Counted from the first letter of the stretch, positions 1-9,110 are shown. The stretch: DNA of 64,000 nt from a virus (IMGVR_UViG_3300030294_000003), one strand, 5' to 3'. Made by a program: numbers and translations. Notes: generated from the sequence alone by a model not told the origin.

Positions 1-393
1 TTAATAACTGTTTTTGGTAATTCAATTAGTAAGTTATTAAAAGAAAATGTTGCACCTTGTACCACTGCATCTCATTTAGAAAATGAAACACTTTTAAATA
101 GATATGATTCGATTGATAAAGGTCATGCGTTATTACTTACCAATGGAATGCAATACATGGGTTTATTAGATGGGTTTAAAATCATTCAGACAAGAGAAAG
201 TAGTGTATTACAGTACCCTGATGAAATTAAGCCTACAAAAGAAGAAATTATTATTAAACGGTGGGATGATGGAACTCATTATTATGCTAAAATAGGTAGT
301 TTTAATGTTGTGGATGATAATGGAAATGTTAAATGGACTAGTTATAGACGGGCTATGGAAGAAGCACTTAAAATGTTAAATAAACTAATTTAA
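1..393 (+). CDS. hypothetical protein (5' partial; frame open from window start)
   Basis: Frame 1 is open from nt 1 to the TAA at 391-393. The ORF track shows only the Met-initiated part 148-393. Confidence 0.5.
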   Translation, partial: LITVFGNSISKLLKENVAPCTTASHLENETLLNRYDSIDKGHALLLTNGMQYMGLLDGFKIIQTRESSVLQYPDEIKPTKEEIIIKRWDDGTHYYAKIGSFNVVDDNGNVKWTSYRRAMEEALKMLNKLI

Positions 394-465
394 CAAATTC
401 AATTTTAGTCAACCGTTTATTTTATCTACATTTGTATTGCATATCAATTTAATCAAATAAACAAT

Positions 466-1263
466 ATGATAAAAGAAATTTTCACTTTCAATGATGACCA
501 TTTTAAACGTGACATAGTTTATAAAAATAAACTCATGCAGAAGTTAAGATTCAGTTTTGATTATTTATTAAAGTATTTACCTATCAATACAGTTGATGAT
601 AAATTCTCTTTTGATAAACTCAAATTTCATGAGGGTAAAAACTATGATTGGTTTTTATTGGTTAAAGATAATGTTTATTTATTGGTAAGACAATACGGTT
701 CTCATTTTACATTTATTACTGTTAACAAGGACAAAGAAATTTCATATCGAGATAGGATGTCTGTTTTCACTATAAATGATGACCGTGAAAAAATGGATGA
801 TGAAACCTCTGATGCACATGTTGATGACCATTTTTTAACAATGAAACAAATACTTCCTTCACTGATTGAAATGATTGAAAAAGATGATGTTCATTCAATT
901 TGGAATTCCCTTTCATTGGTTCGCCCTGAATTTACAGAAGTTAAAATTGGTCAAGTGGGTGATTCTACTCATAGCTTGGATTTGTTAACATTTGCTTGTG
1001 ATGAAGTTTTTAATTTGCATTCACAATATTTTGCTGAAAATGAAATGGCTAATAAAATAGCTGATTTTAAAGTAGATGATATGTTGGGAAACGTTTATAA
1101 AATAACAGAAGTTAAAAAAGAAATAGATAAAGAATATTATTATAATACAGGATTATCATTTATTAACACTAACTTCCCAAATGAAAAATCTAAATGGTCT
1201 GATGTTTATTCTTTAACAAGATATTACTTAGAATACATATTCCCTATAACAAACGTTATTTAA
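466..1263 (+). CDS. hypothetical protein
   Basis: 265-aa ORF with an acidic protein-like composition. Its stop codon sits inside promoter cassette P1. Confidence 0.6.
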   Translation: MIKEIFTFNDDHFKRDIVYKNKLMQKLRFSFDYLLKYLPINTVDDKFSFDKLKFHEGKNYDWFLLVKDNVYLLVRQYGSHFTFITVNKDKEISYRDRMSVFTINDDREKMDDETSDAHVDDHFLTMKQILPSLIEMIEKDDVHSIWNSLSLVRPEFTEVKIGQVGDSTHSLDLLTFACDEVFNLHSQYFAENEMANKIADFKVDDMLGNVYKITEVKKEIDKEYYYNTGLSFINTNFPNEKSKWSDVYSLTRYYLEYIFPITNVI

Positions 1264-1313
1264 CAAATTAGGTTTCGATATATAAAAGTTAAAGCTTATC
1301 TTTGTTATATCAA
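1260..1313 (+). promoter_or_regulatory. promoter cassette P1 (-7 TATCTTTG 1297-1304)
   Basis: TTAACAAATT box overlapping the upstream stop, then GTTAAAgctTATCTTTGttatatcaa. Confidence 0.55.
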
Positions 1314-1343
1314 ATAAATTAAATAAATGTAATTAAAAGTAAA

Positions 1344-1712
1344 ATGAAAACATTTTTAGTAGTTAAAGACTTTTTATCGTTGGTTAAAGATGATATAATT
1401 TCATTTTCACTTGATGATTCAAATGTTGTGATAAGTTCTAACCGTTTAATAGAGTATGAATTAAGTGGTAATAAAAATGGTCGTTGGAGTAGTGAAAATC
1501 CATATATTAAAGGTACTAATTTGATTTCAATACAAACTAAACAGGCTACAATTCACTTTACATTAATAATTGGTAAATTAAGTAATATTTATTCAAAAGA
1601 TATTAATCCTACTATTCGGTCATCTAAAATGATTCAGTTAAGAAATGAAGACTATAAGAATAAATGTATAAATGATTTAATAGATTTAGGTATTATAATT
1701 CAATCGTTATGA
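1344..1712 (+). CDS. hypothetical protein
   Basis: 122-aa ORF lying 40 nt downstream of the cassette -7 box at 1297-1304. Confidence 0.55.
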   Translation: MKTFLVVKDFLSLVKDDIISFSLDDSNVVISSNRLIEYELSGNKNGRWSSENPYIKGTNLISIQTKQATIHFTLIIGKLSNIYSKDINPTIRSSKMIQLRNEDYKNKCINDLIDLGIIIQSL

Positions 1713-1909
1713 AAAATAAACAATCACGTTCATTAAATGCAGCCGTAAATGGTTTTATCATCTTAGTTATAAATGGGTGGGATGTTGAGCTTGCGTTTAC
1801 ATGTATGTATGATACTGTATTTGATTTAATTGGAATTGATTCTTTCATTACACTATGTCAGAAACAATGTGAAATAGAAAAGGTTAATTTATTAAAAATT
1901 TTTAATTAA
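1709..1909 (+). CDS. hypothetical protein
   Basis: 66-aa ORF whose ATG overlaps the upstream stop (ATGA), suggesting translational coupling. Confidence 0.45.
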   Translation: MKNKQSRSLNAAVNGFIILVINGWDVELAFTCMYDTVFDLIGIDSFITLCQKQCEIEKVNLLKIFN

Positions 1910-1919
1910 ATATATTATC

Positions 1920-2693
1920 ATGGGTAGACCTAAAAGAGTATTTCCGCACAATTTGAAATTTCACACTATCAAGCATACTGTAAAAGTTAAAATGATGAGT
2001 GGTGTTGAAATGACAGCTTTACATTTGTTAAAAGAAACTGAGCATTATTATATTGGTATTGAATCGTGGGCGTTTTGTTGTTCTAAATATAAATGTAAAA
2101 AAGAGAAAGCTAAAATTGAATTTAACATTCCAATTATTAAGGATGAAAAGACTATTGAGTTTCTTAATAAAAAAGCATGGAAAGATTATGTTGAGGAAAG
2201 AAAAGATAGTCAAGACATGATTGAAGCAGTTTCATTTCTTAATGGGTTATTTCCTAATAAAAAAGCGATTTATTTTTACGAGCTTGAGCCATTAATCGGG
2301 TCATATTGTTATGGGTCATTTTCTGATGATAGAAATGATGAAGACCGAAAGTACTATAACTTCAAATATCAAGGAATGACTAAATTGATAATTGAAAGTC
2401 ATCCTGAAAATATTAAAAAATATTATGAAGCTTATCTTGAATCTTCAAAAAATAACGAAGATGATAAGATAACAAAGAAGAAATATAACGAATATAGAAA
2501 TTTATCCGATAACTTTATTCTTGAAAATTACGATTTGACGGATATATTTGAATCAATTGGTATTAATAGTATTGTTTGCCCTTACATATTTACTAATCAA
2601 ACAATGAAAGGTTATTCATATGAAAATGTTGGTGAAATATATTTTGTTGTAACAGATGATTGCGTGTATTTTGAAACAACTAGACATTTTTAA
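1920..2693 (+). CDS. hypothetical protein
   Basis: 257-aa ORF starting 10 nt after the previous gene. Confidence 0.6.
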   Translation: MGRPKRVFPHNLKFHTIKHTVKVKMMSGVEMTALHLLKETEHYYIGIESWAFCCSKYKCKKEKAKIEFNIPIIKDEKTIEFLNKKAWKDYVEERKDSQDMIEAVSFLNGLFPNKKAIYFYELEPLIGSYCYGSFSDDRNDEDRKYYNFKYQGMTKLIIESHPENIKKYYEAYLESSKNNEDDKITKKKYNEYRNLSDNFILENYDLTDIFESIGINSIVCPYIFTNQTMKGYSYENVGEIYFVVTDDCVYFETTRHF

Positions 2694-2742
2694 CAAATAA
2701 TATTTCATAAGTCAATGTTAAATACTATCTTTGCATATCAAT
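2690..2742 (+). promoter_or_regulatory. promoter cassette P2 (-7 2726-2733)
   Basis: Cassette consensus. Part of the duplicated 2690-2778 segment. Confidence 0.55.
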
Positions 2743-2778
2743 TAGAAATAAAACAATATAAAATAACAAAAAGTTATG
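2690..2778 (+). repeat. duplicated promoter+leader segment, copy A
   Basis: ~76 nt (2703-2778) differ at one position from 6973-7048. Confidence 0.7.
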
Positions 2779-3045
2779 GAAACAAGTTTTGAAACAATAA
2801 GATATAAAACTGACAACGGTTTTATTAAACACGTAAAAGTCAGTAAGGAAAACCCTCGTGATTTTAAATTGGGTGTATTTGAAAAATTCTTTGTTCATTG
2901 GGGTGGTATGAGTTTTATCGATGAAGTAAACGAATATACAAGCCAAATTGAAATTGATGAACTTAATGGGAATATTGAACCCAATCCTGATTTGATTGAT
3001 TTAACATCAGGATTTTGGAGATGTGTTAGAAAAGTTATTGAATAA
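2776..3045 (+). CDS. hypothetical protein
   Basis: 89-aa ORF preceded by promoter cassette P2, which is near-identical to the cassette at 6959-7048. Confidence 0.55.
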   Translation: METSFETIRYKTDNGFIKHVKVSKENPRDFKLGVFEKFFVHWGGMSFIDEVNEYTSQIEIDELNGNIEPNPDLIDLTSGFWRCVRKVIE

Positions 3046-3062
3046 AAAATTAAGCCTATAAT

Positions 3063-3116
3063 TTAACAAATTAGATTTCGGTATGTGGTTGTTAAAGTCT
3101 ATCTTTGCATTATCAA
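3063..3116 (+). promoter_or_regulatory. promoter cassette P3 (-7 3100-3107)
   Basis: TTTAACAAATT followed by GTTAAAgtcTATCTTTGcattatcaa. Confidence 0.55.
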
Positions 3117-3142
3117 ATAAAACATAAATAAATCAGTCAGTT

Positions 3143-3353
3143 ATGGAAGCACAAGAATTTTTAGATAAGCTTAAAGCTTTACTTGTTAATTATAAATTTA
3201 ACGATGAAATAAAGCGATTTAATTTTATTAGTATTTGGGGATGTATTTGATGATTTTTATATTTCAAATATAGATGTTTTAGAAACAATTAATAGTGTAT
3301 ATAAATTTTCTGATTTATACGGTTTTATCCCATTAAAAGAAGCTAATATATAA
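3143..3353 (+). pseudogene. small gene with an apparent +1 frameshift at a GGGG run (~3237-3240)
   Basis: Frame 2 ATG 3143 runs to a TGA at 3248-3250. Frame 3 is open from 3213 to the TAA at 3351-3353 with no start codon of its own, and its text reads as a continuation. Cassette P3 is upstream. Confidence 0.3.
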
Positions 3354-3366
3354 TTAAAGTAATGTT

Positions 3367-3861
3367 ATGAGAAAATGTGATTTATATTTACTTAGTGGGA
3401 TAATTCCCGAATTAAGAAATAAATTCATTAAGGATTTAAAAACCCAAATAAAAAACGGTTTTGTTAAAACAGAAGATGATGCTATAAAACTGGCTAAAAA
3501 GTATTTAAAAGAAAACCATCATTCTTATGAAGAAACAATGGCAGTTGTTTTATTTTTAGATTCAAAAATTGATAAAATTATTTCACTTAAAAAATACAAA
3601 CATCCTTATTTTAAAGGTAATACTATAAGAACTTTATACGCTGATAAATGGGGTCGTGTTTGGAGTAAAACAGTTGGTGTGTTAAAAGATGATAACGAAC
3701 TAAAACTTACATATAGCAAACAATTTAAATGTTATCATATTGATACGTTAGGTGGCGGTATGTGGAGTAGTAAAAGAGGTAAAACTTTTATATGCCAATA
3801 CAGAACATCAATAGAAGAATCAAAGGAACATGTTAACCCTGAAACATTTGTATCTTTTTAA
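3367..3861 (+). CDS. hypothetical protein
   Basis: 164-aa ORF. Confidence 0.55.
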   Translation: MRKCDLYLLSGIIPELRNKFIKDLKTQIKNGFVKTEDDAIKLAKKYLKENHHSYEETMAVVLFLDSKIDKIISLKKYKHPYFKGNTIRTLYADKWGRVWSKTVGVLKDDNELKLTYSKQFKCYHIDTLGGGMWSSKRGKTFICQYRTSIEESKEHVNPETFVSF

Positions 3862-3912
3862 CATATTTCATTTTCATATATTGATGTTAAACCGTATCTT
3901 TGCATATCGAAT
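3858..3912 (+). promoter_or_regulatory. promoter cassette P4 (-7 3895-3902)
   Basis: TTTAACATATTTCATTTTC followed by GTTAAAccgTATCTTTGcatatc. Confidence 0.55.
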
Positions 3913-3946
3913 TTAAAATAAAATCAAATAAAAACACATTCATATT

Positions 3947-4444
3947 ATGAAAACCATTAAAGTAATATTCATTGATAATTGTTCACACGGATATTATTCT
4001 GTATTAAAAAAAGATTTTTTGCTTAGTGGTTTAAAACCATCGGATATTTCAGGGTGTTCAGGAATGACATTGAACAGGGTTTATTTAGAAGAGGATGAGG
4101 ATGCAAGTAAGTTCTTTAATGCTTGTAAGGATAATAACAATAATATTAAAGTTGATGTTAAACGTTCTTACAATCCTAAATTTGCCATATCACATAACTA
4201 TGATGAATCGTTGTTTGATTATGTTCCGATGGTTGGGGATGTTGTTCATTGTGGGGTTAACAAATTTTTTATAACTGATGTTAATTCTAAAATGTTGCTT
4301 GTTTGTACTGATACTATTATAAACCTTGATAGCAGACAATACAGAATACCATTAAGTAACCTATTCAAATATGTTTCAGGTTTTGACAGAAACAGTATAT
4401 TGAATAATGAAAAAACTTTAACCAACAAATTTGAATCATTATGA
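3947..4444 (+). CDS. hypothetical protein
   Basis: 165-aa ORF with cassette P4 (-7 box at 3895-3902) upstream. Confidence 0.6.
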   Translation: MKTIKVIFIDNCSHGYYSVLKKDFLLSGLKPSDISGCSGMTLNRVYLEEDEDASKFFNACKDNNNNIKVDVKRSYNPKFAISHNYDESLFDYVPMVGDVVHCGVNKFFITDVNSKMLLVCTDTIINLDSRQYRIPLSNLFKYVSGFDRNSILNNEKTLTNKFESL

Positions 4445-4665
4445 AAAAAGTAAAAGTATATACAGACCACCCTTTCAGTAAAAAAGGTACTTTTGAGGTT
4501 GTGGATGTTCTTAGTATTGTTCCTATTGTTAAAAAACCTAAAACCAATTCTGAAATAGCAGCTTTTCATTTATTTAACAAATTTGGTTTAAATAAAGGAC
4601 TTGTTAAATTTTCTGATGGTACAATTCAGGATAACGTATTTTTTGATCCAAAAGATCTTATTTAA
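4441..4665 (+). CDS. hypothetical protein
   Basis: 74-aa ORF with an ATGA overlap with the upstream gene. Confidence 0.5.
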   Translation: MKKVKVYTDHPFSKKGTFEVVDVLSIVPIVKKPKTNSEIAAFHLFNKFGLNKGLVKFSDGTIQDNVFFDPKDLI

Positions 4666-4716
4666 CATATTTGATTTTGATATTAAAATGCTAATTCGTA
4701 TCTTTGTATTACAATA
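4662..4716 (+). promoter_or_regulatory. promoter cassette P5 (-7 4699-4706)
   Basis: Consensus match. Confidence 0.5.
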
Positions 4717-4748
4717 AAATTAATTAATCAATATAAAACATTCAGGTT

Positions 4749-5063
4749 ATGGACATATTAAAGGTAATAAAGAATTTCAATCCAAAAGCAATTAAATATA
4801 CTGGTGATGCAATCGATGGTTTTTCGGTATTGGTTAAAGACAAAAAAAGTGGACTTGAACTATGGCTTGATGTATTTGTGAGAGATGGTGATGTTTCTGT
4901 AGATTGGAATCAATACATTTTCTTTTTAAATGATGAAGATGATGCTATTAAAAAACAAATTCAGGAGGATGCATATGTTTATGATATATGTTCAAGTGAA
5001 GTGATTTCTCATTTACAGGATAATAAACAAATAATTCAAACTGACATGGGTCTTTGGTATTAA
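4749..5063 (+). CDS. hypothetical protein
   Basis: 104-aa ORF with cassette P5 upstream. Confidence 0.55.
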   Translation: MDILKVIKNFNPKAIKYTGDAIDGFSVLVKDKKSGLELWLDVFVRDGDVSVDWNQYIFFLNDEDDAIKKQIQEDAYVYDICSSEVISHLQDNKQIIQTDMGLWY

Positions 5064-5079
5064 AATAAATAAAAAACAT

Positions 5080-5340
5080 ATGAGAATAGTTAAATATTTT
5101 GCGGATAAAAACAATTTAAAAATTGTTGCTATTAATACAAGTGATATATCAAAAGGTTTTTATTTGGTTGATAATACAAATCACATAATTATATCTTTTG
5201 AAACTAATTCAGGTAATTTTGCTATTACTTATAAATGGCTTATTACAAATGATGGTAATGCAGAATTTTGTGATAGTATTGATCTGAAATTTCTTAACCA
5301 ATTAAATTTAAATCCTAAAAATCCATCCATTTTAAAATAA
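5080..5340 (+). CDS. hypothetical protein
   Basis: 86-aa ORF. Confidence 0.5.
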   Translation: MRIVKYFADKNNLKIVAINTSDISKGFYLVDNTNHIIISFETNSGNFAITYKWLITNDGNAEFCDSIDLKFLNQLNLNPKNPSILK

Positions 5341-5352
5341 TATAATATCACA

Positions 5353-5368
5353 ATACTCGTTTGAGTAC
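5353..5368 (+). promoter_or_regulatory. palindromic element H1 (aTACTCgtttGAGTAc)
   Basis: TACTC-N4-GAGTA lying after a stop codon, 30 nt upstream of the ATG. Confidence 0.4.
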
Positions 5369-5397
5369 CTAAAAAAAACAATTAAACATATACTTTT

Positions 5398-5595
5398 ATG
5401 GAAAAAATACTAACAAGTGAACAAATTGCGGACAATTTACTAAGTGATATAAACTCATACGGTGAGAATGTAAAAGAAATGATTATTAGATTACTTGAAA
5501 AGGATTCAAATTCTAAAAATTATTGGGATGCGTGGTTTAGGGGTGCTGAAAACAAAGATTTGGAAAAAGCCGAAAAAGGTTTAATATATAAATAA
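5398..5595 (+). CDS. hypothetical protein
   Basis: 65-aa ORF with palindromic element H1 30 nt upstream. Confidence 0.45.
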   Translation: MEKILTSEQIADNLLSDINSYGENVKEMIIRLLEKDSNSKNYWDAWFRGAENKDLEKAEKGLIYK

Positions 5596-5680
5596 ATTCA
5601 GTCGTTTTATATGGATGCAGTTACAATTTTGGATTCAATGAACTTATGTTTGAAAGTAAAGGTAAGTCGTTTAAAAGAGG

Positions 5681-5899
5681 TTGATAAATTGCCTATATTG
5701 TCGAAATTTTGGTTTTCCTCGAATGTTGGGTATAATTGTTTATTTTACGTTGATTATTACAATAGCAAATGTTATTTCTGATATAGTAGAGCGTTCGCAT
5801 TTAATGAGAGGGCGGTTAATAAATGGGGCATCTGTTTTTATATATGCCTTTATAAGTGAAATATCTATAACTTTAACAATTATATATTTTTTAATTTAA
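5681..5899 (+). CDS. putative small membrane protein
   Basis: 72-aa hydrophobic ORF (about 2 TM segments). The region 5596-5906 is ambiguous, with an alternative 55-aa ORF from 5611. Confidence 0.3.
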   Translation: MINCLYCRNFGFPRMLGIIVYFTLIITIANVISDIVERSHLMRGRLINGASVFIYAFISEISITLTIIYFLI

Positions 5900-5906
5900 A
5901 CAAATA

Positions 5907-6119
5907 ATGAAAGCAATTGTAACTATAAATAATAAAGAAGTTATTGTTAAAGTAAATGTATATCATGAAAGTTGTGATAGATTTGCAGATGTAACAATAG
6001 GTAGTAAAGATTTTAGATATGACTTCAAAGTTGAAGCAAATGGTGGTGATGATTGTCATGGTTATGTTTTTAAAGCGGAAGATTTAATAAATTTTTTATC
6101 TAATGATATTTTTATTTAA
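5907..6119 (+). CDS. hypothetical protein
   Basis: 70-aa ORF whose stop lies in cassette P6. Confidence 0.5.
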   Translation: MKAIVTINNKEVIVKVNVYHESCDRFADVTIGSKDFRYDFKVEANGGDDCHGYVFKAEDLINFLSNDIFI

Positions 6120-6170
6120 CAAATTCTATTTTAGAATGTCATTGTTAAACCGTATCTTTGCATTATCAAA
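6116..6170 (+). promoter_or_regulatory. promoter cassette P6 (-7 6153-6160)
   Basis: Consensus match. Confidence 0.55.
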
Positions 6171-6198
6171 TTTAATCAAATAATAAACACATACAGTT

Positions 6199-6513
6199 AT
6201 GGAAAAAGAACCAAAAGTATTAATAGATAGAAAAGAGGTTTCAAGGGATGCTTACAAGCAATTTCCTTATGGTAGCTTAATGCCAATCGGTTCAAGAGAC
6301 AGGGCTATGTATGAATCAAGAAAAGAAGCACATTTGCAAGGTGTTATATTCGCTGAACAAAAGTTAACAAATAAAATGTGCGATTTTAGCATATGGTGTG
6401 CAAAGGAATATAATTTTGATGGTGAAAGATTTTATTATGATACCCCAAATTACCCTGATGGAAGAACATTTTTCACTATTGAAGAACTTTTAAATCAGTT
6501 TTTAATACAATAA
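6199..6513 (+). CDS. hypothetical protein
   Basis: 104-aa ORF with cassette P6 upstream. Confidence 0.55.
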   Translation: MEKEPKVLIDRKEVSRDAYKQFPYGSLMPIGSRDRAMYESRKEAHLQGVIFAEQKLTNKMCDFSIWCAKEYNFDGERFYYDTPNYPDGRTFFTIEELLNQFLIQ

Positions 6514-6520
6514 TATAGGT

Positions 6521-6709
6521 ATGAAACAATTGATAGATGATAAAGAGGTTTCGGGTAGAAGTTATTACTATCTATTAGATTGGAATGAATCAAACAGGTG
6601 GGAATATATGTTTGAACATTTTGAAACAAAACGTCTTTGTGATTTAGAATTTCATCAATTTATTCAGTTATTTGAATATGCTACAAAACAAGATTTAAAA
6701 AATTTTTAA
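6521..6709 (+). CDS. hypothetical protein
   Basis: 62-aa ORF followed by the GNRA hairpin terminator. Confidence 0.45.
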   Translation: MKQLIDDKEVSGRSYYYLLDWNESNRWEYMFEHFETKRLCDLEFHQFIQLFEYATKQDLKNF

Positions 6710-6710
6710 C

Positions 6711-6740
6711 AAAAAGGTTTGCGAAAGTAAACCTTTTTTT
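6711..6740 (+). terminator. intrinsic terminator hairpin with GAAA tetraloop (copy 1)
   Basis: AAAAAGGTTTGC-GAAA-GTAAACCTTTTTTT, an 8-bp stem with a GNRA loop and a U-tract. Confidence 0.6.
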
Positions 6741-6757
6741 ATCTTTGTATCAAGAAG
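6735..6757 (+). promoter_or_regulatory. promoter -7 box P7 (6740-6747) fused to terminator hairpin
   Basis: TATCTTTGtatcaa immediately follows the T-tract of the hairpin. Confidence 0.45.
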
Positions 6758-6782
6758 TTAATCAATAAAACATAATAAAGTT

Positions 6783-6962
6783 ATGACCGAAAAAGATTAT
6801 AGTCCGTATTGCGGTAATAACATATCAAGAAACGAAAGAGGTGGCTGTGATAACCCTCGTACACGTTTCAATGGTAGTCAATTTGTTTGCCCTCGTTGTG
6901 GTTTTGTTTCACAATTTCCTGATGATTTCATTATTAGGTATAAAGCTAAATGGAATATTTAA
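6783..6962 (+). CDS. small zinc-ribbon protein
   Basis: 59-aa ORF, just below the track's 60-aa cutoff, with two Cys pairs (C-x-n-C and CPRC) and a -7 box at 6740. The track ORF 6841-7068 in another frame is rejected. Confidence 0.45.
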   Translation: MTEKDYSPYCGNNISRNERGGCDNPRTRFNGSQFVCPRCGFVSQFPDDFIIRYKAKWNI

Positions 6963-7012
6963 CAAATTCCATTTTCATAAGTCAATGTTAAACACTATCT
7001 TTGCATATCAAT
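6959..7012 (+). promoter_or_regulatory. promoter cassette P8 (-7 6996-7003)
   Basis: Near-identical copy of P2 with its leader. Confidence 0.55.
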
Positions 7013-7048
7013 TAGAAATAAAACAATATAAAATAACAAAAAGTTATG
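6959..7048 (+). repeat. duplicated promoter+leader segment, copy B
   Basis: See copy A. The downstream genes differ. Confidence 0.7.
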
Positions 7049-7402
7049 GTAAAGTTAAAACATTTTAATATAGATGAGGTTCTTAATTCTTATTTAGAAA
7101 CTTTATTATGGGTGGATGTTGAATTTGATGGGTATTCCATTATTGATGTTTGCGATGATTCAACTGAAATATCAAGATTAGATATTATCAACTTCATTAA
7201 AGAGATTGAAAAATCAAATGAAGCTATTGAAGAAGCGAATACCTATACTGATAGCTTATTAGGTCATAACTTCTTATTGAGTCGTAATGGACATGGGGCA
7301 GGATTTTTTGATGATAACAACGATGTGTTACAGGAAATTTGTAGGAAAACAAAAGAATGTAACATTTATTTGGGGGATGATAAACAAATACATATATTCT
7401 AA
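7046..7402 (+). CDS. hypothetical protein
   Basis: 118-aa acidic ORF with the duplicated cassette P8 upstream. Confidence 0.6.
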   Translation: MVKLKHFNIDEVLNSYLETLLWVDVEFDGYSIIDVCDDSTEISRLDIINFIKEIEKSNEAIEEANTYTDSLLGHNFLLSRNGHGAGFFDDNNDVLQEICRKTKECNIYLGDDKQIHIF

Positions 7403-7407
7403 TATTA

Positions 7408-7677
7408 ATGAATACGCCGAAAAAAGGTTCAACACAATTAAACAACATGAAAAAATCATTTTTGGTAGTATACGCATTAATATCTAATAATAATAATGAT
7501 AACTATACTATGGGTATTGACGTTGAATATGATGAAACGTTAATGATTGATGATAAAACATTAATTATTTTTACGGCTATATTGGTTAAACATCGCAATG
7601 AAAATACTAAAGGTCGTTTTAAAACTTGGGTATATGATACAGATGAAATATTTATAAAAACAATTTCTCAAATTTAA
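7408..7677 (+). CDS. hypothetical protein
   Basis: 89-aa ORF. Confidence 0.5.
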   Translation: MNTPKKGSTQLNNMKKSFLVVYALISNNNNDNYTMGIDVEYDETLMIDDKTLIIFTAILVKHRNENTKGRFKTWVYDTDEIFIKTISQI

Positions 7678-7728
7678 CAAATTCCATTTTAGAATATCAA
7701 AGTTAAATAATATCTTTGTATATCAATT
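7674..7728 (+). promoter_or_regulatory. promoter cassette P9 (-7 7711-7718)
   Basis: Consensus match. Confidence 0.55.
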
Positions 7729-7751
7729 TAATAAAGCAAATATAAAGTAAT

Positions 7752-7997
7752 ATGAAAATAGATGATTTTTTGAAAATATATAGTATTGAAACAATTGTTA
7801 AAGATAATCAAATTAACAATCGTGATTTATACTCTTCGGAAGAATTTAAAGCAAATATGAAATTGTGTAATACTAGTTTAATTGAGGTAGTTGAATATAA
7901 AAATATAAACAACTTTAATTCCACCACTTATGAAGTCATTTTTTATGATAATGATGATGAACTTTTATTTGAAACAGAAATTACATTAATTAAATAA
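7752..7997 (+). CDS. hypothetical protein
   Basis: 81-aa ORF with cassette P9 upstream. Confidence 0.55.
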   Translation: MKIDDFLKIYSIETIVKDNQINNRDLYSSEEFKANMKLCNTSLIEVVEYKNINNFNSTTYEVIFYDNDDELLFETEITLIK

Positions 7998-8006
7998 TAT
8001 TTAATT

Positions 8007-8306
8007 ATGAAAAACATTCAAGTTACAGGTAATTTATTTGGTGAAATGACAACACTAAAACAAATTAATATAGTTAAAGCTAAAAAGCTTTATGCTGATG
8101 GAATTACTGTATTTATTCAGTCATCAAATAAAATACCATTTCAACCTTATCAAAGTGTTTGCCCTATATCAAATCATTTGTTTAATTGTATGCATTCTTT
8201 TGATACAGATAGTGATTTATCCTTTAAAAGTCAATGCGAATCTTACTCATATTACAATTGTGATACCGAAAGAGGTACATATATTCACTATTTTGAAAAA
8301 ATTTAA
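8007..8306 (+). CDS. hypothetical protein
   Basis: 99-aa Cys-rich ORF. Confidence 0.5.
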   Translation: MKNIQVTGNLFGEMTTLKQINIVKAKKLYADGITVFIQSSNKIPFQPYQSVCPISNHLFNCMHSFDTDSDLSFKSQCESYSYYNCDTERGTYIHYFEKI

Positions 8307-8321
8307 CAAACTAAAAATATT

Positions 8322-8690
8322 ATGGAAAAAGAAATTAAAGGTGCTACTATTTTACATGCGGTTGTTGTTTTTGATGGAAATGTCAGTAACAATGATTTGG
8401 AAGAGGGGTTTGGCTCAATCACTTTAAAACGTGAAAATAGGGAATTTATTTTGGATATTGTTAATTCTAATTGGTTTTTCGATGGTGAAAAAACAGAGGT
8501 TGATTTAACGTTAGAAGTCGATTTAGAAGTGTTTGGGGATTGTAAATATGATTTAACAGATTTAGATTTACATTCAAGAGATTTGGAAGCTACTATTTTT
8601 ATCGGTGAAGTTGATGATATTTTAATTTCGGCAACCTTATTTGTTAAATTAGGTGAAATGACACAAGCAATTGATTTGAAATTAGATTAA
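8322..8690 (+). CDS. hypothetical protein
   Basis: 122-aa acidic ORF. Confidence 0.55.
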   Translation: MEKEIKGATILHAVVVFDGNVSNNDLEEGFGSITLKRENREFILDIVNSNWFFDGEKTEVDLTLEVDLEVFGDCKYDLTDLDLHSRDLEATIFIGEVDDILISATLFVKLGEMTQAIDLKLD

Positions 8691-8697
8691 ACATAAT

Positions 8698-8752
8698 TTA
8701 ACATATTCTATTTTGATATATCAATGTTAATGACTATCTTTGCATTACAATT
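8698..8752 (+). promoter_or_regulatory. promoter cassette P10 (-7 8735-8742)
   Basis: Consensus match. Confidence 0.5.
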
Positions 8753-8779
8753 TAATTAATTATATAAAAAAGTGGTATT

Positions 8780-9028
8780 ATGATATTCAACAAAAACGCA
8801 TCCGTATTATCAGACAATGGCGAAAAAGTCTTTTTAGTACCTGAAATTGAAGAGATTTTAACAATGGCTTATGACTATGATTATTCAAACAACAGTCGTA
8901 AAAATCGGTATTGTGATGAAGAGGTTTGTGATTGTTTTGATATTTCAGTTAATGAATTGAACCAAATGAAATATTTATTATCTTATGAATATAACACTGA
9001 TGAAAATGGTGGTCTGAAACAATTTTAA
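8780..9028 (+). CDS. hypothetical protein
   Basis: 82-aa ORF with cassette P10 upstream. Confidence 0.55.
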   Translation: MIFNKNASVLSDNGEKVFLVPEIEEILTMAYDYDYSNNSRKNRYCDEEVCDCFDISVNELNQMKYLLSYEYNTDENGGLKQF

Positions 9029-9032
9029 AAAA

Positions 9033-9087
9033 TTAACAAATTACATTTTGATATATTAATGTTAAACAGTATCTTTGTATTATAATT
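9033..9087 (+). promoter_or_regulatory. promoter cassette P11 (-7 9070-9077)
   Basis: Consensus match. Confidence 0.55.
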
Positions 9088-9110
9088 AATCAAATAATAA
9101 CAAAAACATT

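Noticed and set aside
6841-7068. Plus-strand track ORF 6841-7068 (75 aa).
   Set aside because: It is in a different frame across the zinc-ribbon gene 6783-6962 and runs through cassette P8. The translation is hydrophobic and low-complexity.
7287-8427. Overlapping + strand alternative-frame ORFs 7287-7487 and 8092-8427.
   Set aside because: They overlap better-supported genes (7046-7402, 7408-7677, 8007-8306, 8322-8690) out of frame, with low-complexity translations.
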